From assembly GCA_964521575.1 (NCBI GenBank), contig CAZFSR010000007.1:42086-106085 (forward strand): a stretch of 64,000 nucleotides of DNA, written 5' to 3'. The notes beneath the pieces are model-generated. The model was not told where the DNA came from, ran no database searches, and saw only the letters and a list, made by a program, of their open reading frames with translations. The translations under genes were made by a program, and so were the position numbers. Source of the stretch: an uncultured Synergistaceae bacterium. GTDB taxonomy: Bacteria; Synergistota; Synergistia; Synergistales; 79-D21. Shown here piece after piece: positions 56,575-64,000 of this stretch (positions are counted from its first letter, which is position 1; every line of letters begins with the position of its first letter).

Positions 56575-57960
56575 TCAAGGGATCGCCCGAAGGGTTGTTC
56601 CGGGGAAGTAATGCCCGAGGATGGCTTCGTATCTCCACCCGTTTTCGGACAATGTTTTTGCTCCCCACTGGGAAAGACCGACGCCGTGCCCCCACCCTCT
56701 CCCCTGGAATTCAAAGACGGCCGGGGCGGTTCCTGCGATAGATGGTTTGGGGATAGGGGTAAAGGGAGGCGAGAGGGGTTTTGTCTGGGGGCTCGCAACG
56801 CCTGCGAGGGCCTTTTTCAGATAATCCCCTCTTTTTTCCGGGTGGAGAAGCATGTCCATCAGCTCCGCGCTGGAAAAAGCTCCCTGCCTCGTCAGGGTGA
56901 CAAGAGGATCTTCCCCGGCCTTGGATGGAGAGGCAACATCCTGGGCGGAGTCCCCGGAGGGAGCATCTTGGACCGCTACCCCGCTTGCTGAGGCTGAGAC
57001 TTCGAAAAGGGTGCTGCGGATGAGGTTGCTTCCGGCCGCCATCCTGAAAGAATGTCCCTTTACCGTGGCGGTTCCCGCTGTTCCCTTCACCTCCAGGAGA
57101 GTGACCCGGTTACCCTGGTCCCTCTTTGCCGCCCTGATCTCCAGAACGGTCCCGACCGGCATCTTGAGGGCGTCCATGATCTTTTGCAGAGCGTCCTGCG
57201 TCACCGCGGCTTTCCAGCGGGAGTGGGGGGTCTCGTAGTTGACGGGCTCCGGGCGGCAGGTCAGGTAAGGGATCCCCCCGCCCCACACGGTCGAAACATC
57301 GGCGGTCCAGCCTGCTCCATCGGCGAAATAATAGGTTTGCGCAAGGTTTGGCCCGTAAAACACTACGATCCCGCGCGTTTCGGCTATCGCTTGGTCAAGC
57401 TTCGGGTCTTCGGCCGGCATTCCCCGGTAAGCCTGGCAATGGGTCGTGGCGCACAAGTCGAAACCTTCGCTTCCATGCCGTCCGGCCTGGCGCAGGGCAT
57501 AAGTGCGGGCAATGACGGCCTGAGCCTTAAGGGCTTCGATCGGCCAAGCCGGGTTAACTTCGATCTTCAGGACCCCGCGAAGGTAAGATTCGACATCGAG
57601 AACGTTGACAACCGAAAATCCCCGGACATGGGGCACAAGGCGGAGGGTTCCCCTGTAGGCCCTTCCATTCCATAGAAGAGGGGCTGAGCTTTCAAAATCC
57701 AGGGGAAGGGATGCCGGTTGCCCGTTGACGAGCGTCCGTCCGGCGGAAGTTTCCACGTTCACCCGGCTTCCTGCGGGAAAGACTCTTCCGCTTGCGTCCC
57801 TGCATCGAACGGTGCTCCCGGATTCGACCGTTCCGGACTGTACCCCGATCTCGATGCCGATCCGCACTAGTTTCGGAGAGGCGTCCGAGAGGGTGGGGAA
57901 AAGTCCGAAAAGAGCTGAAAAGAGCAGCAGGAAAACCGCCATGGGACAGAGACGTTTCAT
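56575..57960 (-). CDS. spoIID: SpoIID/LytB domain-containing protein
   Basis: Signal peptide, then SpoIID core (VVNVLDVESYLRGVL...WPIEALKAQAVIARTYAL...CATTHCQAYRG). The C-terminal region ends with GHGVGLSQWGA. ATG 57960 forms an ATGA overlap with the DUF2905 stop. Confidence 0.88.
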   Translation of the reverse strand: MKRLCPMAVFLLLFSALFGLFPTLSDASPKLVRIGIEIGVQSGTVESGSTVRCRDASGRVFPAGSRVNVETSAGRTLVNGQPASLPLDFESSAPLLWNGRAYRGTLRLVPHVRGFSVVNVLDVESYLRGVLKIEVNPAWPIEALKAQAVIARTYALRQAGRHGSEGFDLCATTHCQAYRGMPAEDPKLDQAIAETRGIVVFYGPNLAQTYYFADGAGWTADVSTVWGGGIPYLTCRPEPVNYETPHSRWKAAVTQDALQKIMDALKMPVGTVLEIRAAKRDQGNRVTLLEVKGTAGTATVKGHSFRMAAGSNLIRSTLFEVSASASGVAVQDAPSGDSAQDVASPSKAGEDPLVTLTRQGAFSSAELMDMLLHPEKRGDYLKKALAGVASPQTKPLSPPFTPIPKPSIAGTAPAVFEFQGRGWGHGVGLSQWGAKTLSENGWRYEAILGHYFPGTTLRAIP

Positions 57961-58187
57961 TTTGACCACCTCAGGAACAGGTTCACCAGGATTGTCAGCA
58001 CAAGGCTGACGAGGATCATGGTTCCAAACGGGGCAAAAAAAATGAAATGTTTCCCCCGGAACGAGAGATCACCCGGCAATCTCCCAAAAGGAAGACCCGC
58101 TTTGCCGGCCACGAACAGGAGGACTCCCAGCAGGGTTAGGAAAAGTCCGGAAACGACCAGGAATTTCCCGACAGCGGTGAGGTTCAT
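57957..58187 (-). CDS. DUF2905-family small membrane protein
   Basis: 76 aa with two TM helices and the central GRLPGDL motif typical of DUF2905. ATGA overlaps on both sides. Confidence 0.8.
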   Translation of the reverse strand: MNLTAVGKFLVVSGLFLTLLGVLLFVAGKAGLPFGRLPGDLSFRGKHFIFFAPFGTMILVSLVLTILVNLFLRWSK

Positions 58188-59227
58188 TCCGCTCCCTCGA
58201 GAAGGCTCATCTGCCTGGCGTAGCCCGCAGGAGCCGGAAGTCCAAGATATTCGAAAGCAGCCGGGGTGGCCCTCCTGCCGCGGGGGGTCCGTTCGATCAG
58301 GCCCTTGCGGATTAGGAAAGGTTCGTAGATGTCTTCCACGGTTTGCTGTTCTTCGTTCAGCGCGGCAGCCAGCGTCGCCAGCCCTACGGGACCGCCCGCG
58401 AAAAGCTCGATCAGTGCCCGGAGAAGTTTCCTGTCTCCCTCGTCCAATCCCGCGTAGTCGATCGAAAGCATTTCAAGGGCGCTCCTCGCGAGCGGCGCGT
58501 CGATGAGGCTATGGTTCCCGACGGCAGCAACGTCTCTGACGCGCTTCAGGAGGCGTATCGCCACTCGCGGGGTTCCCCTGGACCTTAAGGCGATTTCCTT
58601 CGCCGCGGAGGGATCAACCTCGATTTTCATCACGCATGAACCGCGCATGACGATCTCGGATAGTTCCTCCGGGTCGTAGAGATCCAGCTGTTCCACGATA
58701 CCGAAACGGGCCCTCAGGGGAGAAGTGAGCAGGCCCAAGCGTGTCGTCGCACCGATCAGCGTAAAGGGTGGAAGGGTTAGGCGAATGCTTCTGGCGAAAG
58801 GCCCCTTCCCCACGACAATGTCCAGGGAATAATCCTCCATGGATGGGTAAAGGATTTCCTCGACATTCGGCGAAAGACGGTGAATCTCGTCAATAAACAA
58901 GACATCACCCGCCTGGAGGTTGGACAGGAGCGCAGCCAGATCGCCCGCCCTTTCAAGAGCCGGGCCGGTGGTGACCTTCAGGTTGCCCGACATCTCGTTC
59001 GCGATGATTCCTGCGAGCGTGGTTTTTCCCAATCCGGGCGGGCCAAAAAAAAGGAGGTGATCAAGAGGTTCGTTTCTCATCCGGGCGGCTCCAATGTAAA
59101 TGCGGAGCTTTTCCCGCAAGGACTTCTGGCCGATAAAGTCGTCCAGTCTCTGAGGCCTCAGGGAAAGGCTGTCGACTTCCCCGGAAATGCGCGGAGGTTC
59201 GACAAGGCGGTGCGGTTCATGATTCAT
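58184..59227 (-). CDS. ruvB: Holliday junction branch migration DNA helicase RuvB
   Basis: [11 protein letters not shown], Walker [12 protein letters not shown], Walker [16 protein letters not shown]. Confidence 0.97.
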   Translation of the reverse strand: MNHEPHRLVEPPRISGEVDSLSLRPQRLDDFIGQKSLREKLRIYIGAARMRNEPLDHLLFFGPPGLGKTTLAGIIANEMSGNLKVTTGPALERAGDLAALLSNLQAGDVLFIDEIHRLSPNVEEILYPSMEDYSLDIVVGKGPFARSIRLTLPPFTLIGATTRLGLLTSPLRARFGIVEQLDLYDPEELSEIVMRGSCVMKIEVDPSAAKEIALRSRGTPRVAIRLLKRVRDVAAVGNHSLIDAPLARSALEMLSIDYAGLDEGDRKLLRALIELFAGGPVGLATLAAALNEEQQTVEDIYEPFLIRKGLIERTPRGRRATPAAFEYLGLPAPAGYARQMSLLEGAE

Positions 59228-59838
59228 CGACGTTCACCCCTGATCCTGTTCAACAGGCGCAAGGCGGATTCAAGAACCTCTTCCTCACGGGCTTTCTCCC
59301 CGGCCTGTGCCATTGCCGAACGAACGGCCGAGGAAGCCTCTTGCCGCGAAAACCCGAGACCGATCAAGGCTTCGACAACCTCGTTCTCCGCAGGAGAAGG
59401 CGGTGTCTCGACCCCTTCTGCGGAAAACACCGGGAAGTTTTTCGAAAGCCTTTCACGCAGCTCGAAGCAAAGCCTTTCGGCCGTCTTGCGGCCGATCCCG
59501 GGGATTCTTGTGAGCGTTCCCATATCGGCGGAGAGGATAGCCTTGACGAGAGCGTTGGGGGATTCCGCCCTCAGGAGGCTCATGGCCATACGCCCTCCGA
59601 CCCCTTTGACGGCCAAAAGCTCAAGGAAAAGCCGTCGCTCTTCGTCGTCTGCGAAACCGAAAAGGGAAACCCCTGACTCACTGATGAGAAGAAAGGTCTG
59701 GATTCTGGCCATTTCGCCTTCAACGCAAGACTCAGCAGCCCTTCGGCTGCAATGGGCTTCGATCCCAAACCCATTGACGTCCAGGACCACTGCCTCTTCC
59801 TGGACCTGCAGCACTTGTCCGTAAATGCTTCTCAGCAT
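59224..59838 (-). CDS. ruvA: Holliday junction branch migration protein RuvA
   Basis: 204 aa with an OB-fold N-terminus ([21 protein letters not shown]) and HhH motifs ([15 protein letters not shown]). ATGA overlap with the ruvB start. Confidence 0.93.
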   Translation of the reverse strand: MLRSIYGQVLQVQEEAVVLDVNGFGIEAHCSRRAAESCVEGEMARIQTFLLISESGVSLFGFADDEERRLFLELLAVKGVGGRMAMSLLRAESPNALVKAILSADMGTLTRIPGIGRKTAERLCFELRERLSKNFPVFSAEGVETPPSPAENEVVEALIGLGFSRQEASSAVRSAMAQAGEKAREEEVLESALRLLNRIRGERR

Positions 59839-60365
59839 GGGGTCCGTCCCTCCAAGGCTCGGATTCGGGATTCCGCGGCGTGCATTGCAAGCCCCGTCAT
59901 GGCAATCGCCAGGGCGTCGGCCGCGTCATCCGGCCTCGGCGGGGCGCCGAGGCGCAGGATCTCGCAAACCATGCGCTGAACCTGTGTCTTGGTCGCGGAG
60001 CCGGTTCCGGCCACGGCCATCTTCACTTCCGCCGGCTTGGGCTGGTAGAGATCGAGTCCACGCTGCGCCGCCAGCAAGAGCACCACTCCCCTTGCCTGCC
60101 AGACGGCTTCCGCGGTTGTCGTGTTCCTTCCGAAAAAAAGCCGTTCCACGGCGAGGATATCGGGATCAAGCCGGGCGACGATTTGCTGGAGCGAAGAAAA
60201 CAGGACCAAAAGGCGCCCGGGCAGGTCTTCGCCGGGGCGAGTTTCCAGACAACCGTATTCCACCGCTTCCAGGCTGGTTCTCGACTGGAGAACCAGCCCG
60301 AATCCCAGCCTCCCGATTCCGGGGTCGATCCCGAGGCAGCGGATGGACCTGCGATCAGCCGGCAA
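59832..60365 (-). CDS. ruvC: crossover junction endodeoxyribonuclease RuvC
   Basis: LGIDPG N-terminal catalytic Asp and C-terminal DAADALAIA. TTG start at 60365. Confidence 0.92.
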   Translation of the reverse strand: MPADRRSIRCLGIDPGIGRLGFGLVLQSRTSLEAVEYGCLETRPGEDLPGRLLVLFSSLQQIVARLDPDILAVERLFFGRNTTTAEAVWQARGVVLLLAAQRGLDLYQPKPAEVKMAVAGTGSATKTQVQRMVCEILRLGAPPRPDDAADALAIAMTGLAMHAAESRIRALEGRTPC

Positions 60366-61110
60366 TGGCCTCCATCACCTCGTCGGGAATATCAAAATTG
60401 CCGTAGACATTCTGCACGTCGTCATGGTCTTCCAGGATTTCCACGAGCTTCAGGACTTTCGCGGCGTCTTCCTTCCTGCTGATTTCCACGGTATTCTTGG
60501 GCACCATGCTGACTTCGGTGCTCTCGACGACGTACCCCTTGGCCTTGAGGGCTTCCTTCACTCCGGAAAGAGCGGAGGGATCGCAATAAACCGTGTACCC
60601 GTCTTCCCCATCCGGGACCAGGTCGTCCGCGCCGCCCTCGATGGAGGCCTCCATGAGTTTTTCCTCATCTAGACCTTTCCCGGTGACGCTGAGCACCCCT
60701 CGTCTCTCGAACATCCATCCTACCGAGCCTGCTTCCCCCATGTTGCCGCCGTTCCTGGAAAACAGGGAGCGCATGTCCGCGCTGGTTCGGTTACGGTTGT
60801 CCGTAAGGGTTTCAACCAGAATGGCAACACCGGCAGGGCCAAATCCTTCATAGGTGATTTCTTCGTAGGTTGCTCCTTCGATCTCTCCAGTGCCCCGCTT
60901 GATGGCTCGGTCGATATTGTCCATCGGCATGTTGTATTCGCGCGCCTTTTCGATGGCTGTTTTCAGGCGGAAATTGGCGTTCGGGTCTCCCCCGCCTTCC
61001 CGGGCCGCAACGATGATGAACTTGGCGAGTTTCTGGAAGACCGCTCCCTTCTTCGCGTCCTGAGCGCCTTTCCTATGTTTGATATTTGCCCACTTTGAAT
61101 GTCCTGACAT
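60355..61110 (-). CDS. yebC: YebC/PmpR-family DNA-binding transcriptional regulator
   Basis: MSGHSKWANIKHRKGAQDAKKG signature. 251 aa. Upstream of ruvCAB as in many bacteria. Confidence 0.95.
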   Translation of the reverse strand: MSGHSKWANIKHRKGAQDAKKGAVFQKLAKFIIVAAREGGGDPNANFRLKTAIEKAREYNMPMDNIDRAIKRGTGEIEGATYEEITYEGFGPAGVAILVETLTDNRNRTSADMRSLFSRNGGNMGEAGSVGWMFERRGVLSVTGKGLDEEKLMEASIEGGADDLVPDGEDGYTVYCDPSALSGVKEALKAKGYVVESTEVSMVPKNTVEISRKEDAAKVLKLVEILEDHDDVQNVYGNFDIPDEVMEAIAG

Positions 61111-61124
61111 CGATGATCACCTCT

Positions 61125-61904
61125 TCAGCATGCTTGTTTCGTATCGCCTATCCGGCAAACGGGTGGCGTGTTTCTCTTGTGTTCGGAACGTGCGCGGGCG
61201 CGTTCCACGAAATCCCTGACCTTTTCCGAACCTTTCCCCAGAGCCAGGTAACGGTCAAGTTCGTCGTAGGTGACGCCCATCTCGGCTTCATCTGTCTGTC
61301 CTTGCCAGAGCCCGGCAGAAGGGGGTTTTTCGATAATGGCCGCTGGGATGTCCAAAAGGCTGGCCAGGTCTCGAACCTCCCCCTTGAGAAGATCTCCCAG
61401 CGGGAGAAGGTCGACTCCCGAGTCTCCGTATTTGGTGAAATAGCCGACGGTGAGTTCGACCCGGTTTCCCGTCCCGCAAACGAGGAGGTTCTTTTCCTGG
61501 GCAAGGAAATAGAGGGCGCTCATCCTGAGGCGCGGCTTCAGGTTGGCGCGTGCCAGACTGTTCCCTGCGTCTCCTTCCGTAGACAGGGCCGAGATGAGGG
61601 TGTCATAGGTAGCCGTCAAGTCGACGGTATGAAGGGGAAGCTGGAAATGGCGGGCGACCAATTCCGCATGGAGGCGGTCCTCGGGGTGGCTGTGGCAGGG
61701 CATGATGACTGCCAGCATTCGGTTTCCGCAGACTCGTTTCAGGATTGCGGCGACAACCGCGGAATCGATTCCTCCGCTCAAGCCGACTATCCCGCCTTTG
61801 TTTCCCGCCGTCCGTAGCCTTTCGGCGAGCCAGGCTTCGATCGACTGGAGCAGGATTGAGGGGTTACGGTAAAAAGTGGGCATTTGTCTCATTTCTCCCG
61901 GCAT
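61125..61904 (-). CDS. nadE: NAD+ synthase, single-domain (NH3-dependent type) NadE
   Basis: PP-loop GLSGGIDSAV, 259 aa, no fused C-N hydrolase domain. Start may be ATG 61904, 61892 or 61883. Confidence 0.9.
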   Translation of the reverse strand: MPGEMRQMPTFYRNPSILLQSIEAWLAERLRTAGNKGGIVGLSGGIDSAVVAAILKRVCGNRMLAVIMPCHSHPEDRLHAELVARHFQLPLHTVDLTATYDTLISALSTEGDAGNSLARANLKPRLRMSALYFLAQEKNLLVCGTGNRVELTVGYFTKYGDSGVDLLPLGDLLKGEVRDLASLLDIPAAIIEKPPSAGLWQGQTDEAEMGVTYDELDRYLALGKGSEKVRDFVERARARSEHKRNTPPVCRIGDTKQAC

Positions 61905-61963
61905 AAAAGGTTAAAGCCAGAAACATTCTAGCATATCGCTCCTTGCCCCCTCTGCCTTTTGCC

Positions 61964-62761
61964 TCAAATCGAGGAAACCAGGGAGTAAAGATCCCGGCGT
62001 CGGCTTTCGAGCACCGGAAAGGCCTTCCGAACCCGTTCCACTTCTACGGGGTCGATTTCGAGAATCAGAGTTTCGTCCAACGAGCCCGCTTCCGCCAGAA
62101 TGGAACCATCCGGCGCAATTCCCATGGAGTGCCCGCCGAAAGACATTCCTCCCGAAACGCCGCTTCGGTTGCAGGCAACCGTGAAGACCTGGTTCTCGAT
62201 GGACCTGGCCCGCAGGAGGGTTCTCCAGTGTTCTAAGCGGCTTTCAGGCCAGGCTGCGGGGATAAGGAGGATTCGGGCCCCGGCCAGGGCGATGCTCCGG
62301 ATATATTCGGGAAATCGGATGTCATAGCAGATCGCGTTTCCCCAAAGGATTCCTCTCCAGAGGAAAGGAGGCGCCCCATCACCAGCTTTGAAAAAAAGGG
62401 TTTCGTTCATCATCGGGATCAGGTGGGCCTTGTCGTAGAAAGCGACGCCCCTTCCATCCTCGCCGATAAAGGTCGACCGGTTGGTGAGACGGTTGTTTTC
62501 GGCCCACGGCAGGCTACCGCAGTGAATTGCGCAGCAGTGCCCGTAGGCCCAGGACGATAGGCGATCGAGGATAGCAGGGCTGAAATCGGCCTTCCCGGGA
62601 AGAGTTCCGTCGAAGCGTGAAACCGTCCAGAGTTCTGGTAAGATGACGAGAGAGACCTCGCCGGGCAGTTCCCCGAGACGGGCTTCCACCTGGGAGGCGA
62701 GTTCCAGGGGTGAATCCGAAGTGCTGTTCATCTGGACGATGGCAATGCGAACGGTCGGCAT
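61964..62761 (-). CDS. carbon-nitrogen hydrolase (nitrilase superfamily)
   Basis: Glu-Lys-Cys triad contexts (LVILPELW, YDKAHLIP, GNAICYDIRFPE). Start at ATG 62761 after AGGAAGGAGG; the longer ORF to 62917 is rejected. Confidence 0.88.
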   Translation of the reverse strand: MPTVRIAIVQMNSTSDSPLELASQVEARLGELPGEVSLVILPELWTVSRFDGTLPGKADFSPAILDRLSSWAYGHCCAIHCGSLPWAENNRLTNRSTFIGEDGRGVAFYDKAHLIPMMNETLFFKAGDGAPPFLWRGILWGNAICYDIRFPEYIRSIALAGARILLIPAAWPESRLEHWRTLLRARSIENQVFTVACNRSGVSGGMSFGGHSMGIAPDGSILAEAGSLDETLILEIDPVEVERVRKAFPVLESRRRDLYSLVSSI

Positions 62762-62801
62762 TTCCGGTTTCCTCCTTCCTGGGTATGGGAGGTGCGTTTT
62801 T

Positions 62802-63209
62802 ATGGAAGAGATGGTTCGTTTCAGTGTTTCCATGCCCGATTCCCTGGCTAGGGAGTTCGACCGGTGGATCGAAAAAAAGAAGCTGAAAAACCGTTCGGAC
62901 GCCCTCAGGCAGATCATCCGCGATTACATCGGGCAGACCATGTGGGAAGTCCAGGAAGGGGAAGCCTATGGAACGTTCACCTTCTCCTACGACCACCACA
63001 GCCGTGACGCCAGCAGGGAAATAACGAGGCTCCAGCACGACTTCGGCGAGTGTATCGTCTGTACAACCCACGTCCACATCGACCATGATACCTGCATGGA
63101 GGTCGTCGTGCTACGAGGGACCACACAGGAAATTCGCCGTTTTGTCGAGGCGGCTTCTTCCCTCGGCTGCATCAGGGTCGGTCTACCGAGCCTTCTGCCG
63201 CCTTTCTGA
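62802..63209 (+). CDS. nikR: nickel-responsive transcriptional regulator NikR
   Basis: Ribbon-helix-helix N-terminus (VRFSVSMPDSLAREFD) and a C-terminal metal-binding domain with HVHIDHDTCMEVVVLRG. ATG 62802 is 7 nt after GGGAGGTG. Confidence 0.9.
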   Translation: MEEMVRFSVSMPDSLAREFDRWIEKKKLKNRSDALRQIIRDYIGQTMWEVQEGEAYGTFTFSYDHHSRDASREITRLQHDFGECIVCTTHVHIDHDTCMEVVVLRGTTQEIRRFVEAASSLGCIRVGLPSLLPPF

Positions 63210-63246
63210 TCCCTCTCGGAGGGGTCAAATTACGGAGAAAAAACGT

Positions 63247-63275
63247 GGGGGGAACGCCATCAAGGCGGTCCCCCC
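63247..63275. terminator. bidirectional terminator between convergent nikR and the ornithine carbamoyltransferase gene
   Basis: GGGGGGAACGCC-ATCAA-GGCGGTCCCCCC (12-bp stem with one mismatch). Flanked by an A-run upstream on + (a T-run for the - strand transcript) and by TTTCA downstream. Confidence 0.7.
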
Positions 63276-63296
63276 TTTCACCGGTACGATTAAAAT

Positions 63297-64000
63297 TTAA
63301 TTGCCCAGAGTCGCGACCATGACGGCCTTGATCGTGTGCAGGCGATTCTCCGCCTCATCGAAAACCTTTGAATTCCTCGATTCGAAGACATCCTCGGTCA
63401 CTTCCTTGCCCTTGACCGCAGGCAGGCAGTGCAGGAAGATCGTTCCTTCCTTTCCAGTGGCCGCCATGAGTGCCGCATTGACCTGGTACGGAGAAAGGAG
63501 GGCCACTCGCTCGGCCATCTTGTCTTCCTCGCCCATGGAAGCCCAAACGTCCGTGTAGATCGCGTCCGCGTCCTTCACTGCCGCTATGGCATTTTCCGTG
63601 AACTCTATCGTTGCGCCGGTTTCCTTTGCGATCGCCTGACAGGTCTCGACGAGTTCCGACTCCGGCCAGAGCGACTTCGGGGCGGCAATCACGAAGTGGA
63701 CACCCATTTTCGCAGATCCGATCATAAGGGAATTGGCCATGTTGTTGCGGCCGTCCCCGCAATAAACGAGACGAATGCCCTTAAGCCGGCCGAAATTCTC
63801 CTGGATCGTCAGGAAATCGGCGAGGATCTGGGTCGGGTGATAGGTGTCGGTCAGGCCGTTCCAGACCGGCACGCCGCTGTAGCGAGCCAATTCTTCGACG
63901 ACACTCTGCTTGAATCCCCGAAATTCGATCCCGTCGAACATGCGGCCGAGAACCCTTGCCGTGTCCTTGACATCTTCCTTGTGCCCGAGCTGGATGTCGT
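63297..64000 (-). CDS. argF: ornithine carbamoyltransferase, 3' part (5' end outside window)
   Basis: [24 protein letters not shown] and FLHCLP motifs. The frame is open upstream of the first ATG to the window edge (DTARVLGR...). Anabolic versus catabolic role cannot be told from sequence here. Confidence 0.9.
   Translation of the reverse strand, partial: DIQLGHKEDVKDTARVLGRMFDGIEFRGFKQSVVEELARYSGVPVWNGLTDTYHPTQILADFLTIQENFGRLKGIRLVYCGDGRNNMANSLMIGSAKMGVHFVIAAPKSLWPESELVETCQAIAKETGATIEFTENAIAAVKDADAIYTDVWASMGEEDKMAERVALLSPYQVNAALMAATGKEGTIFLHCLPAVKGKEVTEDVFESRNSKVFDEAENRLHTIKAVMVATLGN

Overview
This is a 64-kb GC-rich bacterial chromosomal window that is almost entirely coding: 61 CDS and 1 gene remnant. 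I found no rRNA, tRNA, CRISPR array, transposase or integrase.

Left 28 kb, 25 genes, all on the + strand:
- A dcw cell-wall and division cluster: murE (3' end), murF, mraY, murD, ftsW, murG, murC, murB, ftsQ-like, ftsA, ftsZ.
- A radical-SAM gene and a SPOR-domain gene.
- A molybdenum-cofactor block: moeA, a moeA-PBP fusion, moaA, moaC, an extended moaB/mogA.
- rapZ, yvcK, whiA, a glycogen-debranching enzyme, then gap-pgk-tpiA.

Right 36 kb, 34 of 36 genes on the - strand. Listed by ascending coordinate:
- rsfS, LCP, nadD, obg, rpmA, rplU.
- recN, nadK, tlyA, dxs, ispA, xseB.
- rpmB on the + strand.
- Thiamine pyrophosphokinase, ftsK, tldD, yqeH-like GTPase, mltG.
- A histidine-utilisation block: cyclodeaminase, hutI, glutamate formimidoyltransferase, hutU, a binding-protein gene remnant, hutH.
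- A two-gene AmmeMemoRadiSam-type pair.
- queA, spoIID, DUF2905, ruvB, ruvA, ruvC, yebC.
- nadE, a C-N hydrolase, nikR on the + strand, and the 3' part of an ornithine carbamoyltransferase gene.

Many neighbouring genes share ATGA or similar stop/start overlaps. The gene repertoire (WhiA/YvcJ/YvcK, YqeH, SpoIID, LCP, formiminoglutamate-type histidine fermentation) suggests a Firmicutes-related anaerobe such as a Synergistota member. That is inference only.

I do not see a clearly new multi-gene system. The points most worth a second look are:
1. A dif-like XerC/D site in the only AT-rich intergenic gap, exactly where gene orientation converges.
2. The uncharacterised radical-SAM plus LigB/Memo-like-AMMECR1 fusion pair.
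3. Tandem MoeA paralogs, one fused to a periplasmic-binding-protein-like domain, next to a MoaB with an unknown N-terminal domain.
4. A radical-SAM/SPOR pair appended to ftsZ.
5. A truncated binding-protein gene wedged between hutH and hutU.

All alignments and structure calls were made by eye from the sequence and the ORF track.
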